Below, one piece after another: positions 38,181-50,901 of a stretch of 64,000 bases of DNA. The translations under genes and the position numbers were made by a program. Where the stretch lies: the NCBI RefSeq assembly GCF_006345805.1, contig NC_043013.1:28954001-29018000 (forward strand), given 5' to 3'. Each line of letters starts with the position of its first letter. Position 1 is the stretch's first letter. The notes below the pieces were generated by a model that saw only the letters and a list, made by a program, of their open reading frames with translations, had not been told where the DNA came from and did no database searches. The stretch comes from Octopus sinensis. Lineage: Eukaryota.

Positions 38181-38830
38181 AAATGCATGTATGTGTTTGA
38201 TTATTGCTTATTGATGACTCCTTCATGTTTAGTTGTGAACATGGAACTGCAAACCAAAACTCAAATAGAGATTATCCAAGAATGAAATATTTCTCAATGT
38301 TCAAAGAATTTCCTTTGGAGGAGTGGATTAACTCATATTCTACACACACACACACAATTCATATGTGACTCACTTCACTTCCTTCTCTCTTTTTTCACTC
38401 GCTCTCTCTCTCTCTCTCTCTCTCTCTTTTGCTTTCACCCTCTCTCTTTATTGTTTTCTCTCTCTCTCTCTTTTGCTCTCACTCACTCTCTCACACTATT
38501 ATCATTTCTCTTCATCTTTTGCTTTGGCCCTCCCCACCTCCTTTTCCTAAATATTTTCTAAATATTTAGTGGGGAAGAAGAGGTGGCAGTGGCAGTGTCT
38601 CGTAATTATCTTTGGAAACTAAGGAGTCCAGTATTTACCTGAAGGGAAATGTAGAAGAAATACCAACATATTTTATAAATTGACAAAAAACAAACAAAAA
38701 AAAAACCTCACAAAAGATAAAATTCTTTTTATATTATGCCTCTGATTCATTTTGATAATTATCAATCCAATTTAGGAGTGGTTTTTTTAAAACAATACCA
38801 ATTTGGTTTGCTTCACTTGTTTCTTTTTAG

Positions 38831-38859
38831 ACCACAATGAAAAAGCAATCTTCCGATAA
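38831..38859 (+). other. Candidate terminal exon start after a strong acceptor
   Basis: ttggtttgcttcacttgtttctttttag|; phase 1 reads HNEKAIFR*, phase 0 reads TTMKKQSSDKLRFK*. AT-rich, UTR-like sequence follows. Confidence 0.15.
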
Positions 38860-39188
38860 ACTAAGATTTAAGTGAAAATATTTCGCTGCTTCTAATTTTT
38901 TTTTTTTACTGTAGACCATTCTGTTGTGCTATGCTAATGTTAACTTTGGTTTTGAAATTTTCCAAATATATTCATATATTCCTTTCGACTTTTTGTTTTG
39001 TTCGACTTGCATGGTTTAAACAAATTATATGTACACACATGCAGGAATGATAGATACATGTACATACATGTCTTTCATGTATATGTTTCGCATACATGCA
39101 CACATATCATTATGTATTACATTAAGTTAAAATATGAATTTTTTTTATTTGATAATGGCATCTAGTTTATCACTAGTCTTTCAAGCTT

Positions 39189-39221
<33 letters not shown>

Positions 39222-39254
39222 TATGTATATATATATATATGTATGTTTGTATAT

Positions 39255-39600
39255 ATATATAACAACTGTTAGTTTCACTTAAACTTCTTAAATGGCTTAT
39301 AAACGCCTTCCACGCTGCAATTGTTTTCGTTCCAGCACACGATCTCAGATCAAGTCACTTGCTATGCAAGTACATCTCCGTAATTTAAATCTAATTTGTG
39401 TCAAAATATTTTAGCATGCAGTTTTGTCAGTGAACAGGTTGCAGTTTCAAAGCAACGAAAAAATTTAAATGTTGAAGTGAAACTAGTGGTTTTTGTGTGT
39501 TGTTAAGTGACTTACAAACATCTTCCACGCTGCAATTGTTTTTGTTTCCGCACACAGTCTCAGATGAAGTCATTTACTATGCAAGTACATCTCCATGAGA
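39255..39600. mobile_element. TA-flanked repeat family with partial duplications (Penelope-like?); related copies at 50728-50862 and 62790-63012
   Basis: The motif caccttccacgctgcaattg...cttgctatgcaagtacatctcc occurs twice here and in inverted arrangement in the other two copies. Confidence 0.5.
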
Positions 39601-40989
39601 TATATATATATATATATACATACACACACACGCACAAACATTTATACACACACACACGCACAAACATTTATACACACACACATCTATGCACATACACATG
39701 TGTGTTATTAGTGATGGCAGTATTAGTACTGAATAGCAATCTTTCTATTCAACTCAATGTGGATATACTTTAAGAATGCCATAAAATCGTGGTACTCATC
39801 CTGAGAAAGCATCTTGTGCAGGAATACAGTGCCAGAAAGCATAGAATATCAGCAGCGGACAAACATCAACTACTCTACAGAGTGTATTGGGTACCTTTTT
39901 TTCACGGCACCAACATTACAAAGAACATATTGTCTAATATAGTCCCATATACAGCTGAAAAGACAGGGTGATCATATCTGGAACACCTTTGGTCTTAGGA
40001 CTGACCATCCATGGTCGACCTACGAGGCTGAGCAACATAAATTGTATAAATTAATGCTGGATGTAGATGTTGTTAGAGCAGAGGCTAAGGATAGGAGACA
40101 ACCTATTAACCCTTTTGTTACTGTATTTATTTTGAGATGTGCTGTGTTTCTTTCAATTAATTTTAAGTACAACAAAGGATTTAGTAAAATAACTTAGTTA
40201 TCGTTCACCGAGTGTTAGGAACATAAATTGTGACTAACGTTTTGGTGGAAGAATTTAATTCAAAACTTATGTAAACAAGACATTTGTTCTCTACAAAGCC
40301 AGAGCCAGTTTCAGCTGGGTTGGTATTGAAACGGTTAAATAAATATAATTAACATGTTATAAGAAATCTTGAAAAGACAAATTCTATGCAATCTTGAGAA
40401 AATGGATATTAAAGAAAGGGATGAATGCTGTGATCTACTTATTCTGTACAATTTATAAACAAATAAGATTTTGTAGTCTTGTCCTTTGAGATTAAGAAGT
40501 TTGCTTTGCAACCATGGCATTTTGAGTTCAGTTCCATGGTTTGACACCTTAGGCAAGTTTCTTTTATCTTATAATCTAGTCTTGGGCTGGCCAATGCCTG
40601 ATGAGTGAAATTTGGTTGATAAAAGCTGTGCTGAGGCCTATTTGGTTGTGTGTGTATATGTATGCATGACTATATCTATCTGTCTGTATGTATGACTGTC
40701 TGTGTGTGTGTGTGTATGTATGCATATATCCATCCATCTATCTCTCTTCTTTCTGCTTTTGGTACAAGGCCAGCAATTTTCAGGGAAGGGGCATTTCATT
40801 TCATTGACCCCAGTACTCAACTGATAATTATTTTACCAACTCTGAAAGGATGAAGAGCAAAGTCAACCTCGGCAGAATTTGAACTCAGAATTTGAACTCA
40901 GAATGAACCAGAAGTGCTGCTAACTATTTTGTTCAATGTGCTAATGATTCTGCTTGCTTGCCTTATATGTATGTATATATATATATATA

Positions 40990-42270
40990 TCAAATCAAAT
41001 CAAAACAAATCAAAATAGATGAACATCAATGGAATCTGTATCTTTGTGGTACCAGTGCCGGTGGCACACACTTTGTGGTACCAGTGCCGGTGGCACACAT
41101 GAGAACCATCCGAACGTGGCCGTAGCCAGTTCCGCATCGACCGGCCTCCGTGCTGTGGGCACGTAACAAACACCATCCGATCATGGCCGTTCGCCAGCCT
41201 CATCTGGCACCTGTGTCGGTGGCACATAAAAACACCTTCCGAAGACCCGGCAAGACTAGTCAGTCCACCTGTGCATACCTTCCTTCCTTCTTGTGACACT
41301 TGTGAAGACCGGTTGAGGCAAGTGAAAATCAAATCAAAATAGACAAAATAGATGAACATCAATGGAATTTGTATCTTGTGGTACCAGTGCCTGTGGCACA
41401 CAAGAAATCCATCAGTGCCGTAGTCAGTGCGGTGGGCACATGACAAACACCATCCGATCGTGGCCGTTCGCCAGCCTCATCTAGCACCTGTGTCGGTGGC
41501 ACATAAAAACACCATCCGAAGACCCGGCAAGACTAGTCAGGCCATAACCCATGGCCCCTACCTGGGACGTAGTCAGTCCACCTGTGCATACCTTCCTTCT
41601 TGTGACACTTGTGAAGACCTGCTGAGGCAAGTGAAAATCAATCAAAACAAATCAAAATAGATGAACATCAATGGAATTGTATCTTTGTGGTACCAGTGCC
41701 GGTGACACGTGGCACATAAGAAAACCATCCGAACGTGGCCGTAGCCAGTACCGCATCGACTGGCCTCCGTGCTGGGGCACGTAACAAGCACCATCCGATC
41801 GTGGCCGTTTGCCAACCTCATCTGGCACTGTGTCGGTGGCACATAAAAACACCATCCGAGCGTGGCCGTTGCCAGCCTCGTCTGGCACCTGTTGTCGGTG
41901 ACACATAAAAACACCATCCGAGCGTGGCCGTCTGCCAGCCTCGTCTGGCACCTGTGTCGTTGGCACATAAAAACACCATCCGAGCGTGGCCGTCTGCCAG
42001 CCTCGTCTGGCACCTGTGTCGGTGGCACATAAAAACACCATCCGAGCGTGGCCGTTTGTCAGCCTCGTCTGGCACCTGTGTCGGTGGCACATAAAATCAC
42101 CCACTACACTCTCGGAGTGGTTGGCGTTAGGAAGGGCATCCAGCTGTAGAAACACTGCCAGATCTGACTGGACTGGTGCAGCTTTCGGGCTCCCCAGACC
42201 CCAGTTGAACCGTCCAACCCATGCTAGCATGGAAAGCGGACGTTAAATGATGATGATGATGATGATGATG
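40990..42270 (+). mobile_element. Concatemer of three RTE-like 3' UTR segments with five 61-62-bp VNTR units and one (GAT)n tail
   Basis: aaatagatgaacatcaatggaat at about 41013, 41346 and 41655. VNTR units start at 41789, 41850, 41912, 41974 and 42036. (TA)n on both sides. Confidence 0.75.
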
Positions 42271-42302
42271 ATATATATATATATAATATATATATATATA
42301 TA

Positions 42303-42672
42303 TTGGCTGTGTGGTAAGAAACTTGTTTCCCAACCACATGGCTCCGGGTTCAATCCTACTGCGTGGCACCTTGGGTAAGTGTCTTCTACTCTAGTCTCAG
42401 CTCAACCAAAGCCCTGTGACTGGATTTAATAGATGGAAACTAAAAAGAAGGATGTCATATATATATATATTTATGGGTCTGTGTCTTTGTGTCTACGTTT
42501 GTCCTCCCACTATGCCTGACAACTGATACTGGTGTGTCTATGTCCCTTGCCGGTTCGTCAAAAGAAACTGATAGAATAAGTCCTGGGGGCGATTTCTTCG
42601 ACTAACACTCTTTAAGGTGGTGCTCCAGCATGGCTGCAATCAAATGACTGAAACAAGTAAAAGAATAAAAGA
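42303..42672 (+). mobile_element. S1 SINE
   Basis: Head-to-tail homology to family S1. Confidence 0.8.
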
Positions 42673-42709
42673 ATATATATATATATATATAATGTGTGTG
42701 TGTATATAC

Positions 42710-42751
<42 letters not shown>

Positions 42752-42755
<4 letters not shown>

Positions 42756-42915
42756 TCTCGGAGTGGTTGGCATTAGGAAGGGCATCCAGCTGTAGAAACA
42801 CTGCCAGATCTGACTGGCCTGGTGCAGCCTTCGGGCTCCCCAGACCCTAGTTGAACTGTCCAACCATGCTAGCATGGAAAGCGGACGTTAACGATGATGA
42901 TGATGATGATGATGA
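42752..42915 (+). mobile_element. RTE-like 3' end inserted in (TA)n
   Basis: Nearly identical to 42107-42265; TA repeats on both sides. Confidence 0.75.
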
Positions 42916-43264
42916 TATAGTATATATATATATTATATATATATATATATATATATTATACACACACACACACACACTTAAATGTATGTGTCTCCCCCTT
43001 TGTGTCTCTTTACTTTTGCAAGGGTTTAAAACTAATGCCTTTTGTTTCTGTCCCATAACTTAGAGGTTCGACAATAAGAGGCTGGTAAAACAAGTGCTTG
43101 GGTCGATAAGTTTGATCAAACCCTTCAAGCTGGTCCTCCAGCTTGGCCACAATCCATTGACTGCAATCAATAAACAGTAGAAGAGAATAACTACATCATA
43201 TGCCTTCTAATTCCTCCACCCTCCACTTTTGTGAGTGTGAGGCCAGACCTTACAATAGCCATTG

Positions 43265-43324
<60 letters not shown>

Positions 43325-44580
43325 CTGCAGTAAAAAAAAACAGCAAAGAAAGGGGGAAAATAATTCTCTCATGTTAGAATTATGAAATGTATACAATACT
43401 ACAAAGAACATAAAAAATATTAAGCTTGTTCTTATGTGCTGCATTTTCTCTCTCCTACCCTCCGTATCTAAAATTAGTCATATTTTTTTTCTATTTCCTT
43501 CTTTCTGATAACTTTTCAATAGCAAAAAAATTATTCATTGTTTCTTGTGAATTATTTCAATGAATTGTGGGATTTTTATACTCTGTTTGACCTGTGTATT
43601 AGACCAGTTAGCATCTATTTGGAATCTGCAAGCTAAGTATTGACAGCAGTAACACTTTGAGATCAGAAGTACAGCTTTCTTTTTTTTCTTTATTTTAGTT
43701 TAAAACCTTCTATTTACTGCCTCCTCCTGCTAAAACAGTCATATGTCATCATCTAGTGAGCTGGCTGAATCATCTGCAAGCCAGACAAAATGCTGAAGGG
43801 CGTTTTATCTGTCTTCACATCCCTGAGTTCAAATTCCACTTCAGGTCAACTTTGTCTTTCATCCTTTTTGGGGTGTCAATGAAATAAGTATCACTTGTGC
43901 ACTGTGGGGTAATGTAATCAACTGGCCACTCCCACAATATTTCAGACCCTGTGCTTATAGTAGAAGGGATTACAACCATGTGGTTCTGGGATCAATCCCA
44001 CAGCATGGTTTCTTTGGCAAGTAAAGTGCCTTTTATCATAGCCACAAGTTGAACAATTCTCCCTTTCGAGTGGAACTTTAGTTGCAAGAAACTGTGCAGA
44101 AATGTGTATGTGTGTGTATGATGTAGGTCTGTGTATGTGCGTGTGTATACATATCTTTTGCTAGTAAAGGAGACAAGCATTGGCCTCCAAAATTGAAAAA
44201 CTAGTACGTAACCTACAAAGTCCCCTGAGATATTTGTTCTGCAGTGAGTTACAGACACTCCCTTGTCACTCTCAGTATCAGAAATGCAATGAGCCAGTGA
44301 TTGGCCTATTGGGAATATGTAACCAATGACACTATTGTTCTCCAATTGTGATATAAAATATAAATGTATCCTTTTCTTTTTTTTTCGAAAAGTAGTAGTG
44401 CATGATTTGAGGAAGATCTTGCTGCTATTTCTAACAGGTCAGTCAACCACTTAGAGAAGGGGTCAGTGAACTGGTGTAAATTACACCAAGTGGGTTAAAA
44501 ATGTAATTCTTGGGGTTAATGAGGACTCATTAGACATAAGCAAAATTATATAAAAAAATGTGTTCCTTGTTCCAACAGAC

Positions 44581-44676
44581 ATTTTTTCTTCTGGCAACAC
44601 TGCATCTGTCCAATGTAATGGACGTGGAAATTGATACAATAAACCTTCTGTGTTCAAAGAATCTATGATTTTCTTC
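44581..44676 (-). CDS. Candidate internal exon (96 nt, phase 2-2)
   Basis: Branch-like gctgac, acceptor cccttgatttgaaag|, weak donor AT|GTCTGT; reads KKIIDSLNTEGLLYQFPRPLHWTDAVLPEEK. Confidence 0.18.
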
Positions 44677-45462
44677 CTTTCAAATCAAGGGAGTAATGTC
44701 AGCGTAAATAAATATATTTTGCGGTTATTGGTTAAAAAAGTCCTCGTCCCTGACTTAGTGGTTCCCTTCACCCAAGAAATCTTCTTGAAATTACTTGCTG
44801 ATTTGTGTAACATTACTGTTTGTTTAATTTTATGTTTAAATTTTGTTGGTTGATGTTGTTGGCTCATTTTCAGTATCTTTTTACTCCTATAATTTTCTTT
44901 TTCTATTTACACTCTGAAACTGCAAGCTCTGTAGTGTCCACCTGAATCCAGATCCATTTAGTGCACTCATTTCTCTTTCTTTCATCACTCCTACTGTGTC
45001 TTCCTAACTTTGCAGATTTTGTACTAAACACTTCACTCGATCTTTCCACCTTAAAGCAGCAATCTTCTGGAATCCCATCTCTGCAAATGTTGACATACAG
45101 AAGTTCAAGTTGATCTTCAGCCACATCAATGGTAGCAATCTGTGAAGACTTACAAAGGACATGGTTACTGTTCCAACTCCTTTTCTAGCTAAAAGACCCC
45201 ACTTCCTTCTACACACATACATGCAAAAAAGAGAGAACAGATACCCTCTGGTCAAAATTTGGCTTCACATAGAATCTTGAGAAGAATTATTAAATACTAT
45301 GCCCAGGCTGCATTCTTAATTGTAAGAATATTTCTTGTCACCAAAGCGACAAGCTAGCAGAATTGTTAGCACGCTTGGAAAAATGCCTAGCAGCATTTTG
45401 TCCGTCTTTATGTTCTGAGTTCAAATACTGCTGGGGTTGGCTTTGCCTTTCATCCTTTTGGG

Positions 45463-45604
45463 CACTAGCCTAGCTAGAGTGTGCGCTACTTGGGTGGGCC
45501 TTACATTTGCTGCCCCCGGACCCCACAAAAAACATATTGCTTACAGCAGGATGAAAACTGCCACTTGGGGTGGACTGCCCTTACTCCCCCTAGTTACGCT
45601 AGTG
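45463..45604. mobile_element. hAT-type MITE inserted into an S2 SINE
   Basis: TIRs cactagcctagctag and ctagttacgctagtg; TSD CTTTTGGG at 45455-45462 and 45605-45612. S2 homology resumes after it. Confidence 0.88.
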
Positions 45605-47239
45605 CTTTTGGGGTCAATAAAGTAAAAATTTGCCTCTCCTCCAAAATTGCCTTGTGCCAAAATTTGGGACCAATATTCCTTGTCACTAAAGTTGCCTACA
45701 CTTACAGACTACATAGCCAAGTGGCTGTAAATATAAATATCTTCAGGTGTTCCCCAAGGTGACTTTTATAAGATCTGGACTACCTACAACAAATTTAATT
45801 CATATTCCTTGAGCTGCTTGCTGTTGATAGTTCAATATTTTATCTATCTGACCTTTTCACTTTAATGTTTCTTCTTATTACTACTACTGACAGATTTATT
45901 CAAGTTATAATAAATGGACTGAATGTATAAGATAGCGAATTTATAAAAACACACGGTTTGTGATGTTTCTCTTGCTTCACCAGGATTAGATCCTTTTATT
46001 GTTTCTTTTAGCCCACTCACTTTACTGTCTATTGAGGAAACCAAAAGATATATTTTCATTATCGTTGTAGAAGGCAATATTTAATTATGTCTCTTTATGT
46101 TTAGAGTTCAGCTTCTGTCACATTTGACTTTGATTTTTATCTTTCCTGGGTCAATAAATTAACAGTTATGTACTCCTAGTTTGATTAAATTGCTCTCTCG
46201 TATCTCCCAAATTAGAAAGAAATTTTTGTTTTTGGGATAAATTAATCAGGGTAAAAAAGAACGGTATTTTTTGTAAGCTCTCCTGAATAGTTGAAGTTGA
46301 TGTAACTGATATCCAGCCTGAATATCTACAGGTTCAGTGTACTTACATGAGCCCTTCACACCCTATGGAATATATAGGCCATCAACAACCTTTTCCTGCT
46401 GTTCTCAGCTCTGGCAGGGCACTCCCTCAGTGTGTTGAGTGGGGGAGTTCCTAAGGTCTTGTTGGTTTTGAATTGTCATTAATGTTTCTCTAACTTTGCT
46501 TTTGTCTAGGTAGGAGTGTCAGCTCTGTGCAAATCCGTTTTTACCTCTGGGAAGTGGTGTTCCATATTAGTTTGGCCTCTATATTAGTCTGTCCAGCATA
46601 GGAAGCTGTACCAAGAGCTTGCACTCAACTGGTATAACTCTCAGGGTCTTTGAGGCACACAAGTTACTTTACTCCAACAAAGGATGGACCTTGTGGTGAG
46701 TAGATCAGTGTTCCTCCGAGAAAGACATGGACAGTGAAATGACTTGGAGTCTAGTCCAGATTCTTTCATTAAGGTGAATCACAATAAAGGCACTTAAGGA
46801 TGTGGTGGTATTTAGCTCATGTCATCTTCATTGAGTAGGCCTTTTAGTGAGGAGTCTCTCAAACTATGCTAACATCTCTTTCTGTTTCTGAAGACAATAG
46901 AGTATGATTGGGAGGAAATTTGGCTGTTATTTCTAGTAGGTCATGTGACCTTCACAAGCTTCTTTGTTAGATTGTTGACTGTGTTAACCCTTTAGCATTC
47001 AGATTACTCTGTCAAATGCAATGCTTATGTCGTCACATTATTTTGAATTGATCCCGCATTATTTGAAAAGCTTCAAGATTTTGATGAAATGATTGTGTAA
47101 TTTTAGAACGACATTGTTGGATAGGTGTTTTAGCTACAACAGTGAGAGACTGGATCAGTCCAGTTTGAACATAAAGCAGGTAGAATATTTCAGCTGGATG
47201 TTGCTGGTTTAAATGCTAAAGTGGTAAACTAAGTGTGGA

Positions 47240-47640
47240 AACATGTGGCTTAGTGGTTAGGGTGTTGGACTCATGATCGTAAAATTGTGGTTCTGATTCC
47301 TGGACTGGGCAATGCATTGTGTTCTTGAGCAAAACACTCCATTTCATCTTGCTTCAGTCCACCCAGCTGTAGAAACGAGTATCACTTGTGAAGGCACATC
47401 GCTTAGTGATTAGGGTGTTGGATTCATGACCATAAGATTGTGGTTTCAATTCCTGGTTCAGGTAATGCATTGTGGTCTTGAGCAAAACAGTTCATTTCAT
47501 GTTTGCCACTCAGCTGGCAAAAATGAAATGCCTTGTGACGGACTGGCATCCTGTCCAGGTGGGGAGATTATACATCATGAAATCAGGAAACCAGCCCTTG
47601 TCAGTCAGCATGACTCGAGAAGGTAACTTTACTTTTTTTG
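47240..47640 (+). mobile_element. Head-duplicated V-domain-like SINE
   Basis: The head cttagtg.ttagggtgttgga.tcatga occurs at about 47249 and 47402. Only the second copy has the gacggactggcatcctgtccagg body. Confidence 0.7.
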
Positions 47641-47947
47641 AAACTAGGTGTGATTGTATACCTGAGTGGTAGACCGAGTCTGTTGCCTGGTTTAATACCA
47701 CCACCTAGCACCTTGGATGCTTTTAGCAGAGTCTACTTTGTTGCAAACATTCAGATCAGGTGTTCAAACTGAAGATATCTTGCCCCCTTCTTCCTACCAG
47801 TCTTGCAGGCCCTATCAAGGGTGGTTCGGATTGCTCTTCCCTCTTGATTGAAAGATATACAGAAAAAGGTTTAAGAAATAAGTATTGCTAGCTTTTTACA
47901 TTATTAAAGAACAGTCTCTTGAGTAAGCTGATGCTTTTCATTTATAA

Positions 47948-48206
47948 CAGTGGTTTCTCAAACAGGGTCCATATAGCCCTTTGAGGTCTATTTGAGATTT
48001 TGTTGTTAAATATTTATGTGCAATAAATAACTTATATTTTTAGATGCTCAAAATATTTTAACAATTCTCTTATACAATTCCTAATAAAATTTAATTATAA
48101 AAATACTGTAGGATTATTTTTATACATATCAAATGGCTGTGGAGGTCCAGGAGAATAAAATAGGAATTGAAAGGGTCCATAGGTAAAGCATGGTCGAGAT
48201 CCACTG
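47948..48206. mobile_element. Degenerate hAT-like MITE
   Basis: cagtggtttctcaaa ... gtcgagatccactg; no matching TSD. Confidence 0.5.
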
Positions 48207-50669
48207 GGCTATTACAATATTTGTTAAATCCCTTAAGTCTTTTCTTTTAGCTGCAACAGTTAGTCATACTCGTATAGTAAAAATGGAGACTTTGTTTTTG
48301 TTTCTGCCACAGGAAACTGTTATGTCCTCCTCCTCTCTCTCTCCATCTTCCCTCCTCTTCTCTTTTCCCCTTCCTTCTTTCCCTTCCCCCTCCCTCTTTC
48401 TCACGCATACAATCTCTTCTTGTTCTCGCAAAATAGTTTCAGCTACAATTAAGGATGACCCAGAGGGGTTATTAACAGTTTATTTCTAGGAATGTGGCAA
48501 CCAGCAAATCCAAAGTCTCAGTCTCCACTGATAGAACAGTGCTAATTAATAATAATCACTTCCTACATTAATTAGTATTAGGTTACTAATTTACAAATCA
48601 AGTGGAAATAATTGTTTTGGTATTTATTTTACATTTATTGACTTGTACTCATTTTACTGACCTCAGACTGGATGGTGATGTTGGTGGGGCACGTTAGAAG
48701 TTTGTTTCACTATCATGAGATTGTGGGTTCAACTCCATTGTGTGGCATCTTGGTCAAAAATCTTTTACCATTTATTTTGGGTTGATGCAAGCTTTCTCAG
48801 TGAAATTATGTGAAACGGAATCTGTTTTGGAGTCTGTTGAATGGATTTGTACTTGAAATTCAAAAATCCAGTCTTGTAACACACCCCTTTGTCATGCTGA
48901 TTCAGCTCAAGAATTATGTTGAGGCTACACATGTCTGTGGAATACTCAACCACATATTTGTTAATTTAATGAGTAGGCTGTAGGCTGGGAATCATTTAAA
49001 ACTGTTTGGTTTATTAACCATTCCAAGGAACATTTACATTTTGTAGCCTCACATCCTAGCCAGGGTGGGTGTGATTTATCTTGAACTGTTTCTGCTACTG
49101 AAATCAACAGATAGCAAAGTAATTCTCAACCATTTTTGCCTATTGACCTCTTTGGTTCCCATTTTACTTTCCTGGAGCCCTGTAACCATTCAATGTTTTA
49201 AAAAACCCTGTTAAATTTTTGTAATCAAATATTATTAGGAATTGTATTTTTTATTTTTTACCTTCTTTTATTTGTTTTAGTCATTAGACTGTGGTCATGC
49301 TGGGACCTCATCTTGAATTTTTAGTGGAATCAGTTGACCACAGGACTTATTTTGAAAGCTGGTATTTATTCTGTGTCTTTTTTTTTGCTGAACCACTAAA
49401 TTATGGGGGATGCAAACACACCAACACCTATTATCAAGCAGTGGTGGTGCCAAACACACATACAAAGCCGTGTACACATAGATATATATACATATATGAT
49501 GATTGCTTCATCTTGATGATAGCTGTCCCATCAACACACACCTCATACCCCATCGCACAGCACAGTCCCTCTCTTCATGGGCCCTCAGATGATTTTAAAG
49601 AGCAGCTGCTGACTGGCAGGGTTTAAAAGACAAGTGACAGATATTATTCAAATTTCTTTTATATCTTTGCCCTTTGGAATCTGATTCTGAAGGAATGTTT
49701 TTATGAACTAGCATACATCTTTTAAGTCCTTATATATATATACTCTTTATATATTCTCTTTATCTTTTATTAAACTTTTAATACTTTTGATATTTAAAAA
49801 AAAAAAAAAAATTAAATAACTAAATAAATTAATTAATTAATAAATAAAATAATATATAAATATAAAAATATACATACATATATATATATTTGTATATATA
49901 TATATTTGTATATATATATAAAATTTATAAGTTTAAATTATTTAAATAATTTTTTATTTTTAACTTTTATATTTTTAAATTAATTTTATGTATTGGCTTA
50001 TGTTTTTCACTGTTTGATTTGCCTAATAGTGGTTTTATCTCTAATTTAATGTAATATAATATAATATATTTATACTATAAAATTGGATTTAATCCTAAAT
50101 CTCATTTTTCCCTGTAAGTTTGGATTTATTCCCTAATATTATTATTATATATATATATATGTATAATTGTTAAAAAGGATAACAAATGTTAAGGCAAGGC
50201 AAACATCTCAAGTCATATACATTATTATTAATTCAAAATCTATCTGCTATGTTGGAAATCTGCAATCGCTCCATGACTACCATCTCGGCTATAACCTTGG
50301 AGTCCTAGTAATCCATTACAGCACTTACTTAGTGTACCTAATCGTTTAGATTACCTGTGAACTAAACCCCCAAATTTTGTGTGTATGTATGTATGTATGT
50401 ATATGTATGTATGTATAATTGAATAAGATAGTCTCTACAAGGAGTGCAGCTGGACAGTTATTTTTTAACCATTACACATGTTTCCATACAGCATAGTTCT
50501 TCATATATATAGGTATTTGATTATGCAATGATTTACCTGTATTTCCACACATGACAAATTCCCAAATCTAGACTTGGAAGTATATCATAATACTACTGGG
50601 TATTTGGTAATTTTAAGGGTGAATGAGCTCTATTTTGTACTCTGTTACGGTCCTAACGAAATATACCTT

Positions 50670-50726
<57 letters not shown>

Positions 50727-50859
50727 TTTGGAGATGTACTTGCATAGCAAGTGACCTGATCTGAGATCGTGTGCTGAAACAAAGACAATTGCAGCATAGA
50801 AGGTAACAGTTTTTGTGTGTTTTTAAATGGCTTATAAACATCTTCCATGCTGCCAATTG

Positions 50860-50901
<42 letters not shown>

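Noticed and set aside
41789-42097. CRISPR-like regular repeats
   Set aside because: Contiguous 61-62-bp tandem units with no unique spacers, embedded in a retroelement 3' UTR in eukaryotic DNA; no cas genes.
49730-50165. Extremely AT-rich tract as a replication origin or organellar insertion
   Set aside because: No gene or RNA remnants; it is low-complexity A/T runs grading into (TA)n.
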